In this document: positions 8,107-16,216 of the stretch, piece by piece
Layout of the letters: the number at the start of each line of letters is the position of its first letter
Numbering within the stretch: position 1 is the stretch's first letter
The notes under the pieces: generated by a model
Databases searched by the model: none
Seen by the model: only the letters and a program-made list of their open reading frames with translations
Told to the model about the DNA's origin: nothing
Program-made: the position numbers and the translations under genes
Source: Prolixibacteraceae bacterium
Lineage (GTDB): Bacteria > Bacteroidota > Bacteroidia > Bacteroidales > Prolixibacteraceae
Direction of reading: 5' to 3'
Assembly: GCA_963677325.2 (NCBI GenBank)
Contig: CAXXGM010000007.1
Coordinates: forward strand, 414,146 to 478,145
Length of the DNA stretch: 64,000 bases

Positions 8107-11100
8107 ATGCTGAATAAGATAATAAAATATTTTCTCCATAACAGGTTAATATCGATGTTGTTGTTGATAGTTTTTATCCTGTTGGGGACAGTGTATGCCC
8201 CTTTTAACTGGCATACAGGATTGCTGCCACGCGATTCGATTCCGGTGGATGCTATTCCGGATATTGGTGATAACCAACAAATCGTATCCACTGAATGGAT
8301 GGGGCGATCCCCCAAAGATATAGAAGACCAGATCACCTATCCGCTCAGCAGTTCTTTGCTGGGTGTTCCGGGAATAAAGACGATCAGGAGTACTTCCATG
8401 TTCGGAATGTCTTTTATCTACCTGATTTTTGATGATAATGTGGAATTTTACTGGAGCCGTTCACGGATTCTGGAAAAATTGAATTCTTTACCTCCCGGAA
8501 CCCTTCCTAAAGATGTTCAGCCGTCCCTTGGACCGGATGCTACTGCACTTGGTCAGATATTCTGGTATACTCTTGAAGGCAGGGATCCCAAGACAGGAAA
8601 ACCGACCGGAGGATGGGATCCACAGGAATTAAGGACTATTCAGGATTTTTACCTGAAGTATTCCCTATCTTCTGCTGAAGGAGTTTCGGAAGTTGCTGGA
8701 ATCGGAGGTTTTGTAAAAGAATATCAGGTGGATGTGGATCCCAATGCCCTGAAAGCTTACAATGTAACCTTAATGGATGTGATGAATGCCGTTCAGAAAA
8801 GTAATTTGGATATTGGGGCAGAAACCATTGAGATGAACAAGGTAGAATATGTGGTCAGGGGCCTTGGTTATATCAAAAACCTGGATGACCTGAGCCAATC
8901 GGTTGTTACCGTTCGTAACAATGTTCCGGTTAAAATCAGTGATATTGGAAGAGTGAATTTCGGACCTGCTCCGAGAAGGGGAGGACTGGATAAGGATGGA
9001 GTGGAAGCCGTTGGTGCAGCTGTGGTTGCACGTTATGGATCCAATCCGATGGCGGTTATTAATAATATAAAGAAGAAGATAGCAGAAGTTGAGCCCGGAC
9101 TTCCTTCCAAAACGCTTGCTGATGGTACTGTTTCAAAAGTTACGGTGGTTCCTTTTTATGACCGTACCGGGCTGATCAGGGAAACCATCGGGACACTTGA
9201 ATCCGCTCTGTCACATGAAATATTGATTTCAATCATCGTTATCATTGTGCTGATCCTCAATTTAAGAGCTTCGTTGATTGTATCCTTTCTGCTCCCTGTT
9301 GGCGTTCTGATGACCTTTATTGCCATGAAATGGATGGGTGTAGAGGCTAATATTGTGGCTCTTTCAGGAATAGCTATTGCCATTGGGGTTATGGTTGATG
9401 TGGGTATTGTGGATGTCGAAAATATTCTCCGGCATCTGGAGATGCCAGAGAATAAAGGAGCAAAGGGAAAACACCTGTTAAATGTGATCTATGAGGCAGC
9501 TGTTGAAGTGAGAGGTGCAGTTACAGTGGCTTTTCTGACCACGGTGGTAAGTTTTCTTCCTGTATTTTCAATGACAGGAGCTGAAGGGAAACTATTTACT
9601 CCCTTAGCCATTACCAAGACTTTTGCTTTGCTGGCATCCTATCTTTTGGGAATGATCGTCCTTCCATCCCTTGTCTTTTATATTTTCTCCATACGGACAG
9701 ATACCAAAAAAGCCAGGAAAGTTTTAAACTGGATACTGATCCTTTCCGGAATCATTCTGTTCATCATCTGGAACTTTTTGCCTGCACTGGTGCTGTCTGC
9801 AATTGGCGTTAACAATTTAATGGCACCTCGCTGGCCGGATAATCAGAAGAAGAATGTAAACAGGATCAATATCATCATCACACTTCTATTGGCAGCCTGG
9901 TATCTTGCTGTAGAGTGGCTCCCCCTTGGGGCACATCAGAGTAACCTGGCCAATTTCCTTTTTGTGGCATTGATTATTTCAGCTATCCTTCTTGCTCTAT
10001 CCATGGTAGTGCATTATTACACTCATATCCTTGATTGGGCCTTGCAAAACAAATGGAAGTTTATGATGCTGCCCATCTTTACCGTCCTGTTCGGAATGTT
10101 TGTTTGGCAGGGTTTCCCGAAAATCTTTGGTTTTATGCCTTTGAAAATAAAAGAAACCGGTATGTGGCAGGGTATCAGCCAAACCTTTCCGGGTATGGGA
10201 AAGGAATTTATGCCTGCCCTTGATGAAGGTTCTTTTCTGCTGATGCCAACCAGTATGCCGCATAGCGGAATTGAGCAAAACCAGGAATATGTGAAGACTC
10301 TGGACCAACGTTTATCAGCCATCCCGGAAGTTGAAATTGCTGTGGGGAAATGGGGAAGAATAAATTCTGCCCTGGACCCGGCACCGGTGCAGATGTTTGA
10401 GAATACGATCAATTATCTTCCGGAATATATCCTCGATGAGAATGGTCACCGGATGATGTTTAAAACCAACCGGTCTGGAGCTTTTGCTCTGAAAGATGGA
10501 TCAGTATATGATCCTGGGAAAGATGGATTCCTTAAATTCGATAAAAGTCAGCTTATCTCTGACAAGAGGGGTGATTTTTTCCGGCAATGGCGGCCTCAGA
10601 TTAAGTCTCCTGATGATATATGGAATGAGATAGTTAAAGTGACTAACATACCGGGACTTACTTCAGCGCCACGATTACAGCCTATTCAGACTCGATTGGT
10701 GATGCTTTCAACAGGTATGCGGGCTCCGATGGGATTGAAGGTATTCGGACCTGATCTGGAAAGTATAGAAAAAGCCGGAATACAATTAGAAAGCGCCTTA
10801 AAACAGATTCCTTCCATTAAAGCCTCCTCTGTTTTTTACGATAGGGCAGTCGGGGCTCCTTACATTGAGATTAAGTTGAATCGCCCCGCCATAGCAAGGT
10901 ATGGAATGACCATAAAGGATGTGCAGGATATTTTGCAGGTGGCAGTAGGAGGTATGGCTTTGACAACATCGGTCGAAGGGCGTGAGCGTTTCCCGGTCCG
11001 GGTGCGTTATGCCCGCGAATTAAGGTCTACTCCCGAGGATATTAAAAATATTCTTATCCCGTCCGCAACAGGAGTCCAGGTTCAGCTGGGGGAACTGGCA

Positions 11101-11916
11101 GACATTGTCTATTCGCGGGGACCCCAGATGATCCGCAGCGAAAACACCTTCCTTAACGGATATGTCATCTTTGATAAGATTGAAGGAAAAGCAGAAGTGG
11201 ATGTGGTGGAACAAGCCCAACAATTTCTGAAAGATAAAATAGCTTCCGGAGGGCTTAAACTTCCTGGAGGGGTAAGTTTTGCCTTTGCCGGAAATTACGA
11301 ACATCAGCTGAGGGCAACCAAACGCCTTATGATTGTGATCCCGATCAGCTTAACTCTGGTACTTCTTCTCCTGTTCTTTCAGTTTAAAACAATGACTGCA
11401 TCCTGGATCCATTTTTCAGGAGTCTTCGTTGCCTTTGCCGGAGGGTTTATCATGTTATGGCTTTATAGCCAGCCATGGTTTTTAAACTTTTCTGTAGCAG
11501 GGACCAACATGCAGCATCTGTTCCAGGTGCATCCCATTAACCTTAGTGTGGCCGTCTGGGTAGGATTTATAGCCCTCTTTGGAATTGCCACCAACGATGG
11601 AGTGATCATGGGAACCTACATCCACCAGGTATTTGAAAAAATGCATCCCAAAACGGTGGAGGAAGTGCGTGAAGCTGTCCTTATGGCCGGCAAAAAGAGG
11701 GTGCGGCCGGCTATGATGACTGCCGCAACAGCTATCATTGCTTTACTGCCCGTCCTTTCATCAACCGGTAAAGGAGCAGACATCATGATCCCAATGGCCA
11801 TTCCTATGTTTGGTGGAATGGTAATCCAGATCATGACCATGTTCGTTGTTCCGGTGCTTCAGTGTTTTTGGAGAGAAGGAGCGGTGAAAAGGAGAGAGAT
11901 GAGAGATGAGAGATGA
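8107..11916 (+). CDS. cusA: CusA/CzcA-family heavy-metal efflux RND permease, long form (1269 aa)
   Basis: Typical HME-RND N-terminus ('IIKYFLHNRL..', 'VDAIPDIGDNQQIV') and conservation throughout. It has two extra segments relative to the ~1045-aa canonical form (see findings). Confidence 0.9.
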   Translation: MLNKIIKYFLHNRLISMLLLIVFILLGTVYAPFNWHTGLLPRDSIPVDAIPDIGDNQQIVSTEWMGRSPKDIEDQITYPLSSSLLGVPGIKTIRSTSMFGMSFIYLIFDDNVEFYWSRSRILEKLNSLPPGTLPKDVQPSLGPDATALGQIFWYTLEGRDPKTGKPTGGWDPQELRTIQDFYLKYSLSSAEGVSEVAGIGGFVKEYQVDVDPNALKAYNVTLMDVMNAVQKSNLDIGAETIEMNKVEYVVRGLGYIKNLDDLSQSVVTVRNNVPVKISDIGRVNFGPAPRRGGLDKDGVEAVGAAVVARYGSNPMAVINNIKKKIAEVEPGLPSKTLADGTVSKVTVVPFYDRTGLIRETIGTLESALSHEILISIIVIIVLILNLRASLIVSFLLPVGVLMTFIAMKWMGVEANIVALSGIAIAIGVMVDVGIVDVENILRHLEMPENKGAKGKHLLNVIYEAAVEVRGAVTVAFLTTVVSFLPVFSMTGAEGKLFTPLAITKTFALLASYLLGMIVLPSLVFYIFSIRTDTKKARKVLNWILILSGIILFIIWNFLPALVLSAIGVNNLMAPRWPDNQKKNVNRINIIITLLLAAWYLAVEWLPLGAHQSNLANFLFVALIISAILLALSMVVHYYTHILDWALQNKWKFMMLPIFTVLFGMFVWQGFPKIFGFMPLKIKETGMWQGISQTFPGMGKEFMPALDEGSFLLMPTSMPHSGIEQNQEYVKTLDQRLSAIPEVEIAVGKWGRINSALDPAPVQMFENTINYLPEYILDENGHRMMFKTNRSGAFALKDGSVYDPGKDGFLKFDKSQLISDKRGDFFRQWRPQIKSPDDIWNEIVKVTNIPGLTSAPRLQPIQTRLVMLSTGMRAPMGLKVFGPDLESIEKAGIQLESALKQIPSIKASSVFYDRAVGAPYIEIKLNRPAIARYGMTIKDVQDILQVAVGGMALTTSVEGRERFPVRVRYARELRSTPEDIKNILIPSATGVQVQLGELADIVYSRGPQMIRSENTFLNGYVIFDKIEGKAEVDVVEQAQQFLKDKIASGGLKLPGGVSFAFAGNYEHQLRATKRLMIVIPISLTLVLLLLFFQFKTMTASWIHFSGVFVAFAGGFIMLWLYSQPWFLNFSVAGTNMQHLFQVHPINLSVAVWVGFIALFGIATNDGVIMGTYIHQVFEKMHPKTVEEVREAVLMAGKKRVRPAMMTAATAIIALLPVLSSTGKGADIMIPMAIPMFGGMVIQIMTMFVVPVLQCFWREGAVKRREMRDER

Positions 11917-12017
11917 GAGAAGAGAGAAGAGAGAAGAGAGAAGAGAGATGAGAGAAGAGAGAAGAGAGAAGAGAGAAGAGAGATGAGAGAAGAGAGATGA
12001 GAGATGAGAGAAGAGAG
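11894..12017. repeat. Heptanucleotide tandem array, ~17.7 copies of GAGAGAT/GAGAGAA
   Basis: Parsed directly; the unit order is TTT AAAA T AAAA T A TT A. The array begins inside the last cusA codons (..REMRDER*) and fills the cusA-OMF intercistronic gap. Confidence 0.9.
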
Positions 12018-12046
12018 CACAATGGACAACGAAGAATAAATAGAAT

Positions 12047-13507
12047 ATGAAGAGCTTAAAATATTATATAATGTTGATGTCACAGCTGATTTTTTGGCAA
12101 TATAGTTTCAGCCAAATATCATCTGACAGTTCAAGGATGGATCAATATCTGGAGATTGCAGTTAAGAACAATCCTGGAATAAAGGCTTCCTTTTCCCAAT
12201 ACCTGGCGGCACTTCAAAGGGTGCCTCAGGTGGGAGCTTTACCGGACCCTCAGGCGGCCATGAATTTTTTTCTAAAGCCAATGGAACAGGTAAGCGGAAA
12301 TCAGATTGGGAGCATAAGTGTGATGCAGATGTTTCCATGGTTTGGAACCCTTAGAAGTTCAAAAGATGAAGCCTCCGGGATGGCTAAGGCAAGATATCAG
12401 CAATTTGAAGCAGATAAAGCGGATCTTTTTTATAAAGTGAAATCGAGCTGGTATCTTCTGAATAAGTACTATCGGCAGGTTAAACTGGTCGAGGAAAATC
12501 TTTCTTTCCTGCAATCATTTGAAAACCTCTCTTTAATAAAATTTCAGTCTCCGGGAGAATCCTCCGGGAGACCGGGATCGCAGGGAATGAATCAAACCCC
12601 CGGTACGAGCAGCAATAGATCAGGAACAGGAAGTACCGGAATGGGAGGAATGAACAATAATTCCCAGACGCCTCAAAATCCTCAGTCAAAGAATTCCATG
12701 TCCTCAGGTGGTGGAGCTTCTATGGGGAGTAAACAGACCGGCCTGTCGGACGTATTAAGAATAAGAATGGAGATCCTCGATCAGCAAAACCGTCTGGCCT
12801 TGTTAAAAGATCAGGTAAAGACCGAAATGGTAACCTTCAATTCTCTTCTGAACAGAAATTCGGGAGCAGAAGTTCCATTCGCTGATTCTATCGGGAAAGA
12901 GCACCTGCCGGTACCTGTATTAGCTATAGCTGACAGTATCATGAAAAATAATCCGATGCTTTCCATGAATGAAGCCGAGAGTCAATCTTATGCCGCAATG
13001 GCAGAGAAATCCCGTAAAATGGGGCTTCCCATGGTGGGTCTGGGATTAAATTACATGTTCATTCAGAAGCAGTCCGGGAATATGTCCATGATGAATGGCA
13101 AGGATATGATCATGCCCATGATTAATTTTTCTATACCGGTTTACCGGAAGAAATATAAGGCAATGAAAAAGGAAGCTGAGCTATTGCAGGAATCAGCTCT
13201 GCAGAAAAACGCTGATTTGAAGAATTCTCTTTTTGTGCAATATCAGCAATTGATTCAGGATTTAAATGAGGCAGACCGGCGGATCAAATTAAATAATGAT
13301 CAGGCGGATCTGGCTAAGAAAACGACGGGTTTGCTGCTTTCGGGTTACACTTCAGGAACGGTGGATTTTGAAGAATTGATCCGGATGCAATACAAAGTCC
13401 TTGATTACAAATTTCAGGGCATAGAAGCTGTCAAAGATTACAATATTGCCATTGCACAGGCAGAGAAATTAATGAATTCTTTCAATGATAAAGAGAATAA
13501 ATTATGA
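12047..13507 (+). CDS. TolC-family outer-membrane efflux factor (CusC-like) with a low-complexity Met/Ser/Gly/Asn-rich insertion
   Basis: Signal peptide plus OMF-type helical repeats ('YLEIAVKNNPGIKA', 'DYNIAIAQAEKL'). Its position lies between cusA and cusB, and it overlaps cusB by 4 nt (ATGA). Confidence 0.8.
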   Translation: MKSLKYYIMLMSQLIFWQYSFSQISSDSSRMDQYLEIAVKNNPGIKASFSQYLAALQRVPQVGALPDPQAAMNFFLKPMEQVSGNQIGSISVMQMFPWFGTLRSSKDEASGMAKARYQQFEADKADLFYKVKSSWYLLNKYYRQVKLVEENLSFLQSFENLSLIKFQSPGESSGRPGSQGMNQTPGTSSNRSGTGSTGMGGMNNNSQTPQNPQSKNSMSSGGGASMGSKQTGLSDVLRIRMEILDQQNRLALLKDQVKTEMVTFNSLLNRNSGAEVPFADSIGKEHLPVPVLAIADSIMKNNPMLSMNEAESQSYAAMAEKSRKMGLPMVGLGLNYMFIQKQSGNMSMMNGKDMIMPMINFSIPVYRKKYKAMKKEAELLQESALQKNADLKNSLFVQYQQLIQDLNEADRRIKLNNDQADLAKKTTGLLLSGYTSGTVDFEELIRMQYKVLDYKFQGIEAVKDYNIAIAQAEKLMNSFNDKENKL

Positions 13508-15312
13508 AAAGCAAAATTTTAAATAAAAAGAATATCAGAAGCGCTTTACTTATTGTGGCAGGGATCCTGCTGGGATGGCTTTTATTTCATAGCCCTGGTC
13601 AAAAGAATGCTAAACATTCAGCTGAAAATGCTTCAGCTGATACAGCGCAGCATAAACAAATATGGACTTGTGCCATGCATCCCCAGATCAGAATGGATCA
13701 TCCCGGAAAATGTCCGATCTGCGGGATGGATCTGATCCCATTGGTAAAATCCAATACTACGATTGAGGAGAATGCCATTCAGATGAGTGAATCGGCCATG
13801 AAGCTTGCTGAAGTCCAGACTACTCTCGTAGGTCGGGGAATAGCATCAAAAGAAGTTCGTTTGTATGGAAAAATACAGCCTGACGAACGTCTGCTGGTAT
13901 CCCAGTCTGCACATGTACCTGGCCGGATTGAGCAGTTGCTTGTTAATTTTACGGGAGAAAATGTAAGTAAAGGCCAGTTAATAGCCAGGATCTATTCTCC
14001 TGAGTTGATCACTGCACAGAAAGAATTGTTGGAATCCAAAACACTTGAGGATAAATATCCTGCGGTTTTAGAAGCGGCCCGTGAAAAATTACGGCTCTGG
14101 AAACTTTCGGATCAGCAGATTGCCGGAATTGAGAAATCCGGAACAGTAAAATCCATCTTTGATATTTATGCTACAAGATCCGGTATTGTAGCTGACCGGA
14201 AAGTAAGCGCTGGGGATTATGTCAGTCAGGGACAAGTACTTTTTGATCTGGCTGATCTCTCCCAATTGTGGGCTGTTTTTGATGTTTATGAGGCTGATCT
14301 GCCCTGGATTTCAATGGGCGCTAATGTGGAGTTTACAACACAGGCTGTTCCGGGAAAGACTTTTAATGGTCGTATTTCCTTTATTGACCCGGTCGTTGAT
14401 CCTTCAACACGAATTACAAAGATAAGAGTTGAACTTCCCAACACAGGAATGCAGTTTAAACCTGAAATGTTTTTAAATGGCATTATACATTCAGGTCAGA
14501 AATCCACAGGTGAACAGCTTATTGTACCCAAATCGGCCGTTCTCTGGACAGGCACGCGGTCTGTTGTTTATGTCAGAATTCCCGGCGCTGCTCAACCGGC
14601 CTTCAAAATGAGGGAGGTGATCCTTGGAAATTCTATGCATGATCGCTACGAAGTTGTTGACGGTCTGAAGAGCGGAGAGGAGGTTGTCACAAACGGAACA
14701 TTCAGTGTGGATGCCGCCGCCCAACTGGAAGGAAAACCCAGCATGATGAACCCGGAAGGTGAGACTGCCAACATCATGCCCGGGATGGATATGTCCGGTG
14801 GTGATCACCCGAAAAGTGGTTCAGTAAATGAGCAGGGAAATTCAAATGCCTCAGCGTTTAAGGTCAATATGGATTTTATCATGCAGCTTAACCCGGTTTA
14901 CGATCAATACATTGTACTTAAAAATGCCCTTGTGCAAAGTGATGTGAATAAAACAAGGGATGCATCAAAAAATATGGGAATAGCTCTGTCGAAAGTTAAC
15001 AGTACTCTGCTTAGCGGCCATGCTCATCAGCAATGGATGGAAATCCTGAATGATATGAATAAGCAGCTCAGTACGCTTGGCAATTCAGGTAATATTCAGG
15101 ATCAGCGGCTTGCTTTTTCCGGATTGAGCAATGATCTCTACCATGCAGTGAAAAGCTTTGGCCTGATGAAGAAGACGGTTTATTATCAATTCTGTCCGAT
15201 GTTTAATAAAACAGGGGCTTATTGGCTAAGCGAATCCAAGGAAATCCGGAATCCATATTACGGCGATGCGATGCTCAGTTGTGGAGAGACAAAAGAAACA
15301 ATGAAATTTTAA
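13504..15312 (+). CDS. cusB: Efflux RND periplasmic adaptor (CusB-like) with an N-terminal heavy-metal-binding domain and a DUF3347-like C-terminal module
   Basis: 'WTCAMHPQIRMDHPGKCPICGMDL' is an HMBD/YHS-like motif. The membrane-fusion core shows 'GRIEQLLVNFTGENVSKGQLIARIYSPEL'. A Met-rich linker 'IMPGMDMSGGDH' precedes a helical C-terminal module. Confidence 0.85.
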   Translation: MKSKILNKKNIRSALLIVAGILLGWLLFHSPGQKNAKHSAENASADTAQHKQIWTCAMHPQIRMDHPGKCPICGMDLIPLVKSNTTIEENAIQMSESAMKLAEVQTTLVGRGIASKEVRLYGKIQPDERLLVSQSAHVPGRIEQLLVNFTGENVSKGQLIARIYSPELITAQKELLESKTLEDKYPAVLEAAREKLRLWKLSDQQIAGIEKSGTVKSIFDIYATRSGIVADRKVSAGDYVSQGQVLFDLADLSQLWAVFDVYEADLPWISMGANVEFTTQAVPGKTFNGRISFIDPVVDPSTRITKIRVELPNTGMQFKPEMFLNGIIHSGQKSTGEQLIVPKSAVLWTGTRSVVYVRIPGAAQPAFKMREVILGNSMHDRYEVVDGLKSGEEVVTNGTFSVDAAAQLEGKPSMMNPEGETANIMPGMDMSGGDHPKSGSVNEQGNSNASAFKVNMDFIMQLNPVYDQYIVLKNALVQSDVNKTRDASKNMGIALSKVNSTLLSGHAHQQWMEILNDMNKQLSTLGNSGNIQDQRLAFSGLSNDLYHAVKSFGLMKKTVYYQFCPMFNKTGAYWLSESKEIRNPYYGDAMLSCGETKETMKF

Positions 15313-15490
15313 TATTGGTGTCCAGCTAAATAATTTTGAAACCAGGGTGAATTTTATTTGGCAAGGAATAACCACTTCGTGGTTCTCGAAATCCCGGAGA
15401 AGCAATGTAGTTGAACATCTAATCTTCTGAATTTTATTGGAAAACTGTGAATTTTTAGAATAGAATTTTTCAGATGTTTAAAAAATATAC

Positions 15491-15498
15491 TATTTTTG
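15491..15498 (+). promoter_or_regulatory. -7 promoter box TATTTTTG of a small stand-alone transcription unit
   Basis: Matches TAnnTTTG, 27 nt before the ATG at 15525 and ~130 nt before the terminator at 15629-15660. Confidence 0.4.
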
Positions 15499-15524
15499 AA
15501 GTGATAAAGTTTCAGAACAAAACA

Positions 15525-15608
15525 ATGAAGTCATCTTTCACCCATGCTATGGATATGCGCTCAATGTTTATTAAACAGTTGAGGGTGACCTTCTTTGTTC
15601 TAAGATAA
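15525..15608 (+). CDS. Candidate 27-aa small ORF (MKSSFTHAMDMRSMFIKQLRVTFFVLR), or the body of a small RNA
   Basis: Not in the ORF track because it is too short. It is framed by a promoter box and a strong terminator. Coding status is unproven. Confidence 0.25.
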   Translation: MKSSFTHAMDMRSMFIKQLRVTFFVLR

Positions 15609-15628
15609 AATTTACAATACCCAACAGG

Positions 15629-15660
15629 AAAGCCCCTCAATCATTGAGGGGCTTTTTTTG
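15629..15660 (+). terminator. Rho-independent terminator (agcccctcaa / ttgaggggct + T7)
   Basis: 10-bp GC-rich stem, 3-nt loop and a run of seven T, read directly. Confidence 0.8.
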
Positions 15661-15677
15661 TTTTAAAACCAGGTAAA

Positions 15678-16124
15678 ATGAAAGATCTGATTTTTAAAAT
15701 TGATGGTGAGTCACTCACGCCGGCCTGCTTTGAAGCAAAAGCACGCAATTTTAAACTGGTAATCAACGAACCTTTTGTATCGGGAAATGAAGATGACCGG
15801 GTAGCAAATTCCATGGAGTTGCTCCTTGCCAGTTATGCCGGATGTATAAATGCTGCAGCACATCTTTCCGCAATCGAACTGGGAATAAATGTAGAGAAGA
15901 TCTGCATCTCTGTAAGCGGAAGTTTTAATCCGGCCAGGCTGTTGGGAGAATCTGAGAGCGGCCGGGCCGGTTTTAAACAAATTGATATTGAATTTTCCCC
16001 TGTTTCCAATGCAACCGGAGATATGATGGGAGAATGGCTGGACATGATTAAAAAAAGATGTCCGATCAATGAGAATATTGTTTATCCCACTCCGGTGTAT
16101 TTTAATGAAAGAATTAAGAATTAA
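15678..16124 (+). CDS. OsmC/Ohr-family peroxiredoxin-like protein
   Basis: 148 aa. 'ELLLASYAGCINAAAHL' and a second Cys in 'KKRCPINE' fit the OsmC two-Cys pattern. Confidence 0.7.
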   Translation: MKDLIFKIDGESLTPACFEAKARNFKLVINEPFVSGNEDDRVANSMELLLASYAGCINAAAHLSAIELGINVEKICISVSGSFNPARLLGESESGRAGFKQIDIEFSPVSNATGDMMGEWLDMIKKRCPINENIVYPTPVYFNERIKN

Positions 16125-16216
16125 GAATTAAGAATTAAGAATTAAGAATTAAGAATTAAGAATTAAGAATTAAGAATTAAGAATTAAGAATTAAGAATAA
16201 AGAATTAAGAATAATT
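16111..16216. repeat. Heptanucleotide tandem array, ~12.6 perfect + ~2.5 degenerate copies of GAATTAA (=AAGAATT)
   Basis: Read directly. The OsmC stop codon (16122-16124) lies inside the array, and the array fills the whole convergent gap up to the stop of the minus-strand gene at 16216. Confidence 0.9.

Noticed and set aside
11831-12083. Two minus-strand ORFs encoding Ser/Leu-rich peptides (..LSSLISLLSSLFSLL..).
   Set aside because: They are simply the reverse-complement reading of the GAGAGAA/T heptamer array. They have no independent start context and overlap the cusA 3' end.
3111-15312. The idea that the Cu/Ag efflux cluster is carried on a composite transposon.
   Set aside because: Only one IS copy is visible. 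The 145-nt inverted repeats bracket the ettA/IS3 segment, not the efflux genes.
7955-16216. The tandem repeat arrays (7955-8097, 11894-12017, 16111-16216, and also 41167-41267) as possible CRISPR arrays.
   Set aside because: Their periods are 7 or 11 nt with no unique spacers, and there are no cas genes in the window.
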